A stretch of DNA of 64,000 nt from Amoebophrya sp. A120 (taxonomy: Eukaryota; Protista; Dinoflagellata), in contig CAJINV010000004.1 in assembly GCA_905178155.1 (NCBI GenBank), positions 11,373,804 through 11,437,803 of the forward strand, in the 5' to 3' direction. Below, in pieces: positions 36,472-48,700 of the stretch. Each line of letters begins with the position of its first letter. The stretch's first letter is position 1. Made by a program: the position numbers and the translations under genes. A model generated the notes under the pieces. That model did not search any database and was not told where the DNA came from. It saw only the letters and a list, made by a program, of their open reading frames with translations.

Positions 36472-38045
36472 TCAATCGGTCATCATTTCATTTCCTGTCG
36501 CTGCTACTAGTGGAGACGGGGACGTCGAGGAGCCAGCACCTCCCCCGGCGCTGATGTAATTGTTTTCATCTTCGTGCTATCAGGTGTAAAAATGTCTGGG
36601 TCTGGAAGAATGCATGTTTGTTATGCTTGTCTGGCATGACTCTTGAATCTGTCATGCACGTTACCCAAGAGCTCCACGTTTCTGTCATGCAGAAACGCAT
36701 TCTGTCATGCAGAATAGGCAACACCTAGAAGCTCAGAAACTTGTCATGCTGAGCCAGCACTTGTGGCCTCATCATGATACGCCACCCAGCATCACAAGTT
36801 TCCAGACCCAGACATATTTGCAACGCATAAGTGCTTGCCTTCGGTGACCTCCACCAGCGCCCGCTCGCAGGCCGCGCCAATCTTGTCCACCACCGTTTCC
36901 TATCAAATGCAAAGATGTCTGGGTATGGAAGGTTGGAACTTGTGATGCTAACTTTGGATTCTAAAAAAAATTGTATTGCATGACCAGCAAGAGGAGTCTA
37001 GTTTGTGCTACGCGGGAAGGGCATTTCTCATGCGGTGGAGGCATCAGGAAGACCTCTAAAAATCTGTGATGCTAGATCGTGCACTACAGACATCCTGGGT
37101 CATGCAACGCATGCATGACAAGTCTCAGAATCTTCCAGACCCAGACATTTTTGCATTTGATATTTCCAGCTTGCCGCCGTGTCGTACCATCAGCTGGCCC
37201 CACGCCTTGTCGAACTTTGCCTCGTCGACACCGCAGGTGGCCATGGCCTTGCGCAACAGGTCGAGCTTTTTCCGCGGTTCCAGCGTCGCGTTGCCGTCCT
37301 GGTCGATGCGCTGCGGCGCGTTGGCCTCGCGGAGGTCCGTGCCGCCCAGCACCTGCTTCTTGGCGGCCACGGTGCTGTGCGGCCCCCACTGGCAGCCGGG
37401 AATCTTCTGAAATTCGTCCCAGTCGTAGGCCTTCTTGTCGGGGCAGCAGCTCCACCACTTCGCCGTCTCGTGGAAGATGGGCGGGCTCTTGTGGTGGCGG
37501 CACTCCTGCGGGCCGCCCTCCGTTACCGGGTCGAAGAACTTGCTGCACCCGAAATTCTTGCACCGCACCTTGCCGGCCGCCTCGGCCGCCTTGCGGGCCT
37601 GCTTGGCAGCGCCCTCCGGATCGGCAGAGGTACAAGTCGTAGTACCATTTGCAGCGTCGCCAGCAGTAGAGGTGGTCATATTATTCTTCGAAGCGACAAC
37701 CGGCGAAGCTGATGCCGATGCTCTCGTCGAAGGTGTGGAAGCAGATGCAGCCGCACTCGCTTCCGCCGGCCCGTCCTTGTGGACGACGAGCACCTCCGCC
37801 CCGTCGGTCACATAGTCCGCAACCAGGTCGGTGGACGCTAGGCGGTTGCCGCCGATGATTTTCAAAAAGTGGTCCGCGCAACAAAAGGGCGTGGAGTCCG
37901 GCTGCTCCGCGGCAAATTTTCGGTCGTGTTGCTTCGCGAACAAAGCGAGCAACTTGTCGCCCGTCATATCGTGTAACTGCTTCTGCGGCAGCGTGACCCG
38001 AATGGCCAGCGGGCTCAAGCCTTCACACTTCAAAGTCACCTTCAT
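36472..38045 (-). CDS. CHORD-domain protein with ubiquitin-like N-terminal region
   Basis: CKNFGCSKFFDP..ECRHHKSPPIFHETAKWWSCC..DWDEFQKIPGCQWGPH is a CHORD Zn-binding domain. Exons 38045-37163, 36900-36830 and 36577-36472 join as KLE|TVVDK..GKH|EDEN. Confidence 0.85.
36578..36829. mobile_element. Family A introner
   Basis: A-type TIRs; DR CGTGC/AGTGC. Confidence 0.85.
36901..37162. mobile_element. Family A introner
   Basis: Perfect DR TTTCC; restores GKLETVVD. Confidence 0.9.
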
Positions 38046-38862
38046 TTTCTGTGCTTCGTTTCTCCGATAATGTGGAGTTTTCTCAGTGACACAAATTGAA
38101 ATAAGAAATTTTATTCTCCTTTGGGTACGACTCGTCGTGTGCAAAAAATACTTTAAAGCCGGTGGTCGGATAATTCTTGCGCTATTTCATCTCCTTCGGT
38201 CACATAGTTTTGCTCGCTGCTCAAGCAGTTGTGTTGGCGCTAACCAGTGATGATTTGTAATTATTCACTGCGTGCATCTGCAACCTTTCGTACGAAAACT
38301 CTTGAAACTGGCTATGAGAAGTGCGAAAAAAGGCTACGTGGTACTTTTGCGCTTCTAGTGCATTGTACATTTATGAAACAACTCGTGACTAAGACTCCCT
38401 AATAATTTCATTGATTGCACACGACCGCGACTCTCGAGCCTGTCGTAGGATGGAAAAAACACAATGCCATGAAAGGGATGAAGATGAACATCAAATGACT
38501 ACAAAACGATGGCAAAACAGATTGACTGCGTTTCAAGTGCAGACATTCTCATCTCTACCTGTTATTTCGGAACTGCTTTGTTTCCTCGATTTTCATTCTT
38601 CATTTTCCAATATCATTGTGTTCCTTTCGAAACTACGACCTAGATGATCATACAGTCTGCTTTTTGCGAGTAAGTGTTGCAAATTTGAAAAAAAATCTCG
38701 GATCGCGACGTGCAGGGAGAAGCAGATGATCGAATTTCTGTTGTAGTACTTATATGTACGAGCAAGATCTACTTAATCGTGGAAGCACCAGGAGGGCCGA
38801 ACTTGCGGTACACGACGCCGGTCCACGCAGGAGCTTCCACTTCCTCATGGCGGATTCCACTC

Positions 38863-39801
38863 TATGGCAACGGCAAAGACTTTTTGAAAAAAACTTTTTT
38901 TTTTTGCTACATATGATTTCACGGCACTTTATAGGCATGCCAGCGGGTATGCGCAGAGTAGAATAGCAGAATAGCTTCGGCGCGGCTTAGGTGATAGCTT
39001 GCTGGCCCGAAGGCAGAAGGAAGGCCGCCCCGGCTGCAGACGCTACCATGGGTTCGGTCTTTAACGCTTTAGCCTCAAGGTAAGTAGCACGCCAGCCCCC
39101 CGCCGCGGCTCTGGGGTATCGAAAGGGGACTCAAGATAAGTCACCGCAGCCCTGGCTGGTTCGCTCGGGAGCGGCAGTCTCAAACGAGCACGGCTACGAG
39201 ACGTGGCCCGCCCTAGCTTTCGCAATGCCCTACGAACGAAAAACAGAGTAGGCTCACGCCTTTGTCGTCTTTGATTCTATTCCCGGCCGCATTGTGCTAC
39301 CTTCCTTCGGGGCCGCATCCGGGTTATCATTTTCAAGGACGCAGCTCGCCAAAAGCAGCAAACTTGCGGAAACGAAAAGGGGGGCCGGGCCCCCCCTCGA
39401 GGGGGGGGGTTTGGGGGACCCCCCTTCGTGGAGATACCAAGGGGGACTAGCTGTCTGCGAAGGCCCAAAAAGAGGGGGGGTTTGGGGGACCCCTCGGGGG
39501 GCCCCAAAAGGGATTTCGGATTGCGGATTCACGAGGAGTTCTATCATTTTCAAGGAAAAACCGCCGAAGGCGAAGAACCGCCTCCCGCGACCCAGCTCCC
39601 CAGGAGATTTGCGGCCGCGGCATCAATGTCGCCGGCAGTGCCGCGCACGGCTTGGAATTTTTCGAAAGCCGTGCGCGCCGTCTGTTTCGCCTGTTAAGGC
39701 GTGGGCCCTCCACTGGCTTCAACGCGCAGCACACCCGGCCTCGGGCTGGCTGCGCTTTTCTTTCATTCAAGCAGCAGCAGTGCAGGGGTTGGCTGTCCAA
39801 C
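38863..39801. mobile_element. One-ended copy of family H element
   Basis: The left end TATGGCAACGGCAAAGACTTTTTG and the internal GGGGTTTGGGGGACCCCCCTTCGTGGAGATACCAA match 47000-48160; no right TIR found. Confidence 0.7.
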
Positions 39802-39882
39802 ATGTACAAGATCTACTTAATCGTGGAAGCACCAGGAGGGCCGAACTTGCGGTACACGACGCCGGTCCACGCAGGAGCTCCC

Positions 39883-42072
39883 TCATGGCGGATTCCACTC
39901 GGGAACGTCTTCCTTCTCCACCAGCCTGTCGATCTCGATTTCCATTTTCTCTACCGCCTCCTCATTTTCGAAGTCCTCGGCAATAACTTCCTCCACAGTG
40001 AGGCTTCCGACTTTCTCCAGAATCTCGCTGCCTTCCGCTTGCTCCCTGACAAACTCCCGCATTTCCTTTGTCCTAAAACCCAACAGCAGCGAGCCACTCA
40101 GCACGTTCAGCTTGTAGTGCTTGCCCTCGATCAGATTGAAATCTTTCTGCATCTTGTCGTTCAATTCGATGGAAGCGGTGAACAGCGCCCGGCGGTTGGT
40201 TTTCCCGAAATTCAGCTCCAACATCTGGTGCTGTGGTGAATCTTCATCTTGTTCGTCTTGCATTTCATTATCTTCCCCTCCGACACCTTCGACATTGTCC
40301 TGCTCCGCTTGGATGGCAAAGGGGTCAAACTTCATCGAGTGTTTAATATTATCTGTGTGCGGGTCTTCTACTCTGGGCGGTAACTCTGGTCCCGGCAGTG
40401 CTGGAGCGGCACCAGAGACTTCTGCGGGTTGCTGCTCGTCCCGTCCAGCACCAGGAGTCGGGGGTTCTTTTATCGTTGTTTCGATTTTTACAGCAGCCGC
40501 CACAGCACCTATGGAGGACGTAGCGGATGCAATCTTCTGCGACGTGGCCTGATCTTTTTGTTCCGTAGCTGGGGATTCAGCGACCCGTGTTTGCGGTTTT
40601 TCCTCTTGCTCGAAAAGTTGTGGCTTTTCATCTCCTGCTGGTGCTTGCTGTTCTTCCAGAAAACCGTCTACAGCGCCCACTTTGTTCACTTCCATCCCCA
40701 GAACATCCTCTCCGTCCTGGTCCGCCTGTGGCATTGCTACGTCTTTGGTACTACCGGCACGACCACGCTCGAGAAAAGGCGCAACAGCCGCACCACTTGG
40801 CACTCCCGGAGAAGAGGTGGAGCCAACTTCTTGCCCCATCGGAACGTCATCATCCGCAAGCGGCACCGCCTTTATTTCTCGCTTTGGCATGGCCTCGCCT
40901 GGAGTTCTGGAGCCATTTTGAAGCCTGTATGTCTGACCATGTTGTTCATCTGCCGGCGCCATTTCGACATCTGAGTCGACGTCTTTTTGTGACTTGGTAC
41001 TGCCATCCACAACACCAACTTGCGCCACATTGAGCGATGTTGTTTCCGCCTTTGCTGGGAGCGACACGCCCTCGAACTTATCCCGGATGTTCTTCAGTGT
41101 GACCACATTAGAGGTGTCACATTCTTTTTGCTGGTCTGCGACAAGAACAGCCGTCGTGGAGGGCTGCATCTCCACTAGTACTTTCGCGCACGGAAAAATA
41201 AGCCCCGACGGCTCTTCTGGGTGGTGGTCCTGTGGATGCAATGTGGTCGCCGTGAACGGGCGTGGTGGCTCATCATCATCTTGCTGCTGCAAAAATAAAG
41301 TAGCCTTGTCGTTCTCTCCGACGTCCTCCGGGGGAGACAAGTGATCATCTTCATCTTTTTCATCTCGCCCGCATGCTAACTCCTCGCGCCGCTCTGGCCG
41401 TCTGACGACCTGGCTATCGTGCTGCACACTGGGATTTGAATTGTTGTCGCACGTCCCCACGTCCACGCCAACTGGTTGCTGGAATACTGGTGTCGCCGTC
41501 GTACAACTTCTACCCCAATCATTTTGATGTTCCTCTGGTCGTTTAGTATGCGTCGATTCTTGGAGCAGGACTTCTGTATCTTCTTGTCCCGGCGCTCGTC
41601 CTCCCCAATCCTCGTTTATTCCGACATGATGATTCTCCGCGCCGCCCGCTTGGTGGTCCCAGTCCCCCGCACCCCAACAAGTACTTCTTCTAGATCCCGC
41701 AGTCGTGGTCTCCACCGCAAGCTGCAAGTCCACCCCAACATCCCACCCGTCGTCCTCTCCTGTAGCAACTGGTGCGGCAGGCGGCTCGAGATCATCTCCC
41801 CAAGTGGAGTAAGCACCATCGTTGTTTTCCGCCGTAGAGGTCGCCCAATTCTCCTCCCGGGGGAGGGTACTACTACCCCAAGCAGAACTACCGTTGCCGA
41901 CGACCATTCCCCAAGAATCCTCGGGAGCTCCTTCTATGCGGTTCGGCTCGCCCCACGAGCAGTCCCCGCCTGGTCCGCCGGGAAGAGTCGGCGGCTGGAT
42001 TTCGTCCCAGGATTCATTCTCAACCGTGGGGGAGACCAGCGGGATCGGCGGTGGAAGCTCGTCCCAGGACAT
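39883..42072 (-). CDS. 729-aa acidic low-complexity protein with N-terminal WG/GW repeats
   Basis: Long uninterrupted ORF with about 8 WG/GW dipeptides in the first ~190 aa and a short, probably folded C-terminal segment. Confidence 0.7.
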   Translation of the reverse strand: MSWDELPPPIPLVSPTVENESWDEIQPPTLPGGPGGDCSWGEPNRIEGAPEDSWGMVVGNGSSAWGSSTLPREENWATSTAENNDGAYSTWGDDLEPPAAPVATGEDDGWDVGVDLQLAVETTTAGSRRSTCWGAGDWDHQAGGAENHHVGINEDWGGRAPGQEDTEVLLQESTHTKRPEEHQNDWGRSCTTATPVFQQPVGVDVGTCDNNSNPSVQHDSQVVRRPERREELACGRDEKDEDDHLSPPEDVGENDKATLFLQQQDDDEPPRPFTATTLHPQDHHPEEPSGLIFPCAKVLVEMQPSTTAVLVADQQKECDTSNVVTLKNIRDKFEGVSLPAKAETTSLNVAQVGVVDGSTKSQKDVDSDVEMAPADEQHGQTYRLQNGSRTPGEAMPKREIKAVPLADDDVPMGQEVGSTSSPGVPSGAAVAPFLERGRAGSTKDVAMPQADQDGEDVLGMEVNKVGAVDGFLEEQQAPAGDEKPQLFEQEEKPQTRVAESPATEQKDQATSQKIASATSSIGAVAAAVKIETTIKEPPTPGAGRDEQQPAEVSGAAPALPGPELPPRVEDPHTDNIKHSMKFDPFAIQAEQDNVEGVGGEDNEMQDEQDEDSPQHQMLELNFGKTNRRALFTASIELNDKMQKDFNLIEGKHYKLNVLSGSLLLGFRTKEMREFVREQAEGSEILEKVGSLTVEEVIAEDFENEEAVEKMEIEIDRLVEKEDVPEWNPP

Positions 42073-43064
42073 GGTACTGTGGGCTGAATCTAGAGCGAAT
42101 CAACATCAAAACCGGGTATTTATTACGTAGCCACGTGCGCAGGCAAGCGCGACTTGAAAAAAAAAGACAACTAGCACAGCTAAGGAAATGGAAGTACCTG
42201 CTGACAACAATACCTGCTGAGAATTCCGCCGCGATACAGTGCTTGGAAAGCCCAGGTACACAAGTGTGGATGTTATCCTTCAGTTTGTCACAGCTACTTT
42301 GCACCAGCTACTTGAATGCAGAACCACTGAATCTACCAAGCGAAAACTTCGAAACAAAACCCAAATCACCCAGACACGACCGAACCTAAAATTGCCCCTA
42401 AAACCCCGCCACTAAAAGACCGAATTGGCTTCGCCCGTGCAACCCGTGGGTTCAAGCATCTAATAACGCCGATAATTCTTGTTCATCCCGAAAGCAGGTG
42501 GAAATGACACGAGCATGGATGTGTAAAGGTGGTCCGAAGCAACGAAGCGTGTCCCTGTTTCAACTCCATGTGCATACGACCCCCGCCATGCAGAAGATAC
42601 AACGCAAGTACTACAACTGTCGCAAAGAGATATATTTATAGAAGCAGTTGCTTCTTGTTGTATTTGCGAGTGCATCATGTCTTTCTTCTTTCTCTGCAAC
42701 TTAACGAGTGGTTGTATACACAGTTGTTCCTCCAACGTTAATTTCTAAAAATGTACAAAGAGTCCTTTGTGATCAATTTAGTGTACGTATGAACTTGTTA
42801 CTATCTTCATGCACGTGCGTTGGTAAATTTCGATAAAATTTCAATTTTTTCTTCTGAAGTGTAAAAAATGAAACCACCTTCCTACGAGTCCCGCTCCGAC
42901 CCGCTCTTGTCACCGTCGTCCGCATATGCACCGCAAAAGTGTCACTGCCACTATGCAAAGATTTTTGTCTCTCTGATCATGACCCCGAGAAGCAAGGAAG
43001 TGTATGCATCGCGTTTGTTGAAAAAGCCGGTAGTTTTTCCGCAGTAGGAGTAAGTACTGTAATA

Positions 43065-44535
43065 TTAACCTTCATCCATGCTAAATGAAATCCCTGAAAA
43101 CGACACTTTTGCTTGGCATACCGCGTTGCTGCTTTCCTCACACAGGTCCTCTGTACTGGCGACACTGAGCTTCGACCTTTTCTGTTTCTCCGCAGTAGTA
43201 CTCGCACCAGATTGATGAGCAGTCCGACGTCCTCCGTGAAACGCGTCTGGTAGATGCAGCTTCTCGCCTCCGCAACTAGCATGATCTCCACTACTGCTAA
43301 GAAGTTCAATCAACCGCGCCTCCGCGTTTCGATCACAGAAGACCACTTGCTGTCCGAAGTGCTGGCCGAGCTGGAGTTGTGATGATCTTGGTCCACCGGG
43401 AGCGGATGTCGTGTCATCTCTGCTTTTTCTATTTCTCCGCAGTAAGAGAAGAAAGTTGACCTCGGGTCTTGTACTCCTGCTGTAGTTGAAACAACCCGTT
43501 TTTATTCCCCAGGGAGACGAAGCAGCTCCGCAATGTAGTCCTTGCAACAACTCCTCCTCCGCTGTTCGTCCGCTTCTTTCACGGCCACAAGTAGAAACCA
43601 CAAGGTCACTGAGCGGCTCCCGCAAGATGTGACTTCCGTCGTCGTGCCGAAAGAATTATCAAATGCAAAAGTGTCTGAGTCTGGAAGGATGCAACTTGTG
43701 ATGCGCATTTCAGAACAGAGAGAGCTCTCTCATGCATGGGTAGCAAAAGCTGCCCACTTTCTGTCACCGAATAATTGGGGGATTTGTCATGCGGATTCGG
43801 CATTACGGAAGCTTCTCGAAACCTGTAATGCTAGAGCTTCCTTGCCAGACCTTCTGTGTCATGCAAAAACAGCATGACTCTTCCAGACCCAGACATTTTT
43901 ACATTTGATAAGAATTGAGTGGCTTCCGCTTCGGAGAAGGAAATCCCGAGAACACTGCCAAATTGCTGGAACTTTTCCTGCAGAGGGGAGGCTCTGGTGC
44001 CTACGACCTGGACAACGTACACGTTGTCCGTCGTTACCATGTAGTAGCAATTGCCACACCGCTCCGCGTCTCCGTAGGTTTCCACTGCTTCAACCAGATT
44101 CGCGATCAGATGCAGAAGACAGGACGCGAAGATGACCAGCACAACCGCCGTTTGGTCGCGAGAGAGCTGGCAGTGGAAAAAACCAGCTTCGACTTCTTCG
44201 AGCCTTTTTCTGGAAGTGATATCTTCACTTCTCCAACCGCCCCAGTAGATTAGTACTGCTGCAGACACCGCCGTACACACGGCGGCGAGGGCGGAAACTG
44301 CGAGGGAGTTCGCTTTCTGCTTTTCGAGCAGTTTCATGTTTTCTTCTCCAAAACGCCAGATGGTCTTGATCTTCTCCTCTTGCGTGTTAGTGTTCGTGTG
44401 CTGTCCTTCAGAGATAGCATTTTCTCTGCATTTGTCCTTTTTTGTCTGCAAATACGCGTTGAAAAAAGCGGTCCACAGGAGGGCATCCTCCCCTGTAGCG
44501 CCGGAGAGCAGCAGCTCGGTAGAGGACATCGACAT
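43065..44535 (-). CDS. Hypothetical membrane protein (two hydrophobic helices)
   Basis: ORF 44535-43911 joins the 43065-43625 frame as ATQF|FRHDDGSHILREPL after removing 43657-43910. Confidence 0.6.
43657..43910. mobile_element. Family A introner
   Basis: Perfect DR AGAAT; in-frame join. Confidence 0.88.
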
Positions 44536-45714
44536 GGTTTTTGAGTTACGTGCCTATAATAAAATCCACCATATTTGTTCTATCTTCTGTAAACACTGAA
44601 CGCCAAACAGAAGGCGGCACTTAAATAATGTCACACAGCACCATTTTGTTGTTGCCACACCGGACTACATCCGTCGGAAGAAGTAAATGAGCTTGTACTG
44701 GTACGCGACACGACATAAGTAATTAAAGCCGCTGCGAAAGTAAAGGCAAAATAAACGTACAGGCTAAGAAGAAAATGAAAAACTAGATCTTTGTGCGACG
44801 ATAATTCTTGCCGTTCTTGGTTTCCGACGATAATTCTATACCCAGATTCTGAATACTAGGCAGAAGACCGCCGCGACGAATACAATAAACAGACGACTGT
44901 GCGGCGCTGCACCCCCTGTGCGGTACAAGATCAACATCGCCTTCCACACCCAAACGACAGTTTTTGCATGACCCTTAGGCAGTGCGCCATAAGAACTACG
45001 ACCTAGCGACCCCTAAGGGCGCGAGCATGATCCCAGTTATTTTCATTTACTTAGACTGATCAAGCCTACGGCAAATCGTCCACACGAAAAATCGTCCACA
45101 CGACCGATGAAGGTGAAGCACGCGTACGAATAGGAATTATACCACGGACGTCGTACCACGAATATTTATTATTTATGTAACACCACGCACTGACACAAAA
45201 AAAAAACTTCAGGCCTCATAGTCCTCGTCATGACGTCGTACTTATTTTCAAACGAAAGCTGGAAAATCTTTCGATACCGGTATCTCTTAAGTGAAAAATC
45301 TCCACCATGACGAGGGCATCTAGAAAAACAAAACGCCCCGAAATGGATGCGCAAACTTCGTGGTAGACGATCAATATAGGTCCTGCTTAGCATTGGCGTT
45401 CAACACTGCTACGAAATAGCTCAGGATCCATCAGAAAGTCGAACTTCAAAAACAAAGGGTACGGGGGAAAAAGAAAAAATAAGCCCGAAATCATGACTAC
45501 TAGGTAGGAGATGATCAAAATATTTTTGCGTTCTAGCTCAGTCCGCTTTTAACCTCGAAAATGTGATTCGAGTATCTATATCGCGGCAGTACGGAACGAG
45601 CAGCAAAAGAATAACGATAGCGGCCGAAAACATAAACATGAGAAGGAAATAAAACGAGGAGCTGCTAAGTATACGTCTTCTCATTTGGGTAGAAACTCCT
45701 CTTCATCGTCCGAC

Positions 45715-48700
45715 CTACTCCGTCTTTCCGAACATGCCTTGCAAAACTTTGTTCTTCTTCAGTGCCTCCTGTTCTGGCGTCAGCTCCGTGGTCATCTCAA
45801 TGCTTGTACTCCCCCCCGGAGCCCCCGAGCCTGTGCTCACGCCCCCTCCGTCTGACGCACCACCCCCGCCTCCCTCTGGCGTCGTCTTCGACGAAGCTTG
45901 TTGTTTCAGCTTACTCATCGTCCGTCCCCACAGGCTCGCGCCGCGCGACATAAAGCCCTGCGCCTTCCCGGAAGCTGCGCCGAGATTGCCGCGGGAATTC
46001 GACTCCTTCAGCAACTTCGTTTGTTGCTCCAGCAATTCGGTCTGGTGGTGCTTTTCTTGTTCCTCCGCCTTGTCGTGGCGCCACACCTCGAACCGGGTCA
46101 GCGCGATGATAAAAACCAGAATTGCGACGGCGATGTAGAACAACACCATCAGGTAATTCGACAACCAGGTTGATTCCTCCCCCTTCGGCAGGTGCTCCTC
46201 CGCCATCAACAAGAACACCACGAGAGCAAGCATCAGTGTGACCATGTAGCCCACCCGTTCCCCGCTCTGCCACGGGATGAAGGGGGCGAGGAGCAGCATC
46301 ATCAGCAACAGAATCACACCCGGGACGACGAAAGTCGCCGTGTAGACCTTCGACTGCCGCTCGGCCTCTAACGAAAAGTGGAACGTCTCGTACGGGAAAG
46401 GGCAGCAGTTCCAGAGCTTGGAGACCAAATACCCTTTTGTTCTCGCGATTTTCCACTCCGAATTGACCATCACCTCCTGCGCGTTGATGTCCACGCCGGA
46501 TGTGAAGTCGTCATTTGGTGCGGAGGTGTCGTAGGGCAGCAGCTTTAGGGCGCCGGCGTCGTAGCCCCAGCTGCCCATCTTGTACTCGCAGGTTTGCGTG
46601 TCGTAGGGAAAATCGGCCAGCTTGAAGTTGCACAGTGCCTGCGGTTTGATACAACAAAAATCTCTATATGTACGTACGACAACATCATTCAAGAAAGCGT
46701 ACAACATGGCAAGGAGATATTTTTCCGACACCATCGTGATAGCTGCGGCGACTTCTGAAACGAAAAAAGAAAAACGTTCACGACACAGGCATAAGTAAAT
46801 GAAGCAAACCTCAGTACCTTCGTCATCCCCGGTCGACTCCAGATCACAAGCCCGCTGCGGTACAAGCTCGCTTGGCTCTGCACGAGGTTGTCGAACGGTT
46901 TTTCCGCGGTGTTGTACAGTAACAGGTCCTATCAAATGCAAAAATGTCTGGGTCTGGAAGAATGCAACTCTGGAACTTGTGATGCTGCCTTTGGATTCTT
47001 ATGGCGATGGCAGAAACTTTTTGCTCCAAAACTTTTTTTTTTTTGGGCATGCAATTCATTCATCATGAAAACCAGACACCTTCTGGGCGGTGAATATTCC
47101 GCGCATGAGCAGGGCGGCTTTTTCTGTAGGCTGAGCTAGCTAGTCTGAATACAGGCACAAGGCCCGCCGGCCCGTCGGCTGCGTCACGGATTCGCCCTGA
47201 GCCCTTTGGCCTCGAGGTGCGTGACAGCTAGGTCCCCTGCCGCGGCCTTGGCGTATCGAGAACTAGTTCAGGATTTGGCAGCGCAATGCTGACTGTTCGC
47301 ACAAGAGCGGCAATCTCAAACGAGCATGGCCAGGGGGCCTGGCGTGCCATAGCTTCCAAAGTACTCTGCGAGGCACAGACAGTGTAGGCGTACAGAGCCA
47401 ATAAAGTCGCCCAGTTTATTCCGGGCCCGATTGTGTAAAGCCCGTCCTTGCGGGGTTCGCGTGATCATTTTTCCTGACATTGCTTTTGAAAAGCTGCAAA
47501 CTTGCGGAAGCAAAAAGAGGGCTCGGGCCCCCCCTTGAGGGGGGGGGGGTTTGGGGGACCCCCCTTCGTGGAGATACCAATGGGGAGCACCCTTCTGAGA
47601 AGACCCAAAAAGGGGGGGGGGTTTGGGGGTGCCTCTGGGGGTACCCCTTGAAAGCTTTTGCTTGCTTCCGGAGACACAAGATTCTTTTGCTCTTTGCAAA
47701 GCAACCGGGGCTGAAAAGGGCTGGCCCGAGACCAAAACCCGAAGTCGCTGCGTATCCGCGGCGGCTAAGTCGTCGGCGCCGTCGCGCTTAGCTTTCAACT
47801 GTTTGACAGCCGAGTATGACCACATTTTTTGCCTGCCGGGGCACGGGCCGGCTGTTTGCCACGGACCGCGGCACAAACGGCCACGGTTTGGCTGCGTATT
47901 TCTTTTATTCGACCAGTGCCATCCCATGCGGTGGCTATCCGGCTCCTGCGCATGCCGTCACGGACCAATTCCGGGACGCAACCGCCGGCGAAGTTTTCCT
48001 TGTTTCTGCTTACAGGCTAACGAGCTTCAGAGAGGCACAAAGCCGGCGCGCTCATGCGTGAGATATTTGCCGCTGAGAAGATGGCTACTTTTCGCGCTGG
48101 GTGATTCGCATGCCCAAAAAAAAAAAAGTTTTGAAGCAAAAAGTTTCTGCCATCGCCATAATTCTCAAAAAATCTGTATTGCATGAGCAGCCAAGGGAAC
48201 GCGTTTTTTGCTACGCGAAGAGGGCATTTGCCATGCGGAATAGGCATCAACAACTCCTCAAAGAATCTGTGACGCTAGGGCATGCATCACAGACATCATG
48301 GCTCATACAAAACGCGCATGACAAGTCTCAGAATCTTCCAGACCCAGACATTTCTACATTTGATAGGTCCGGCACCCAGACCGACCGGCCCTGAATCGGG
48401 TCGGTGGGTACGGAGATCATCGCAGGCGTTTCCACCTGCCGGGTCACCAGTGTATACCCCAGCGACTGCAGTACCGTGGCGTCCTCTTCGTTCACGATCT
48501 TGAACGAGTTCGGGTCACCGCTGGCGATCAAATCTGGCGTCCCCATCACGGTGGTGACGTTCAGGAACTGCGGGTAGACCAGGCGGTGGTCCGTCCATTT
48601 CTGCCGCAGCCAGATCGCGATCCGGATGGTGCCGTCGAGTTGGTCCAAGTTCTCCAGCGCTTGCACGTAGATCTGGATCCGCACGTTGGTCGCGGGCACG

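Noticed and set aside
45670-45720. Stop-codon reassignment explaining in-frame TAG/TGA before M4
   Set aside because: Long exons elsewhere contain no in-frame stops, and other genes end normally at TAA or TGA. An unrecognised small intron or a sequence error is more likely.
47000-48160. Autonomous transposase in the family H element
   Set aside because: The ORFs are short, G/P-rich and low-complexity, with no DDE-like motifs.
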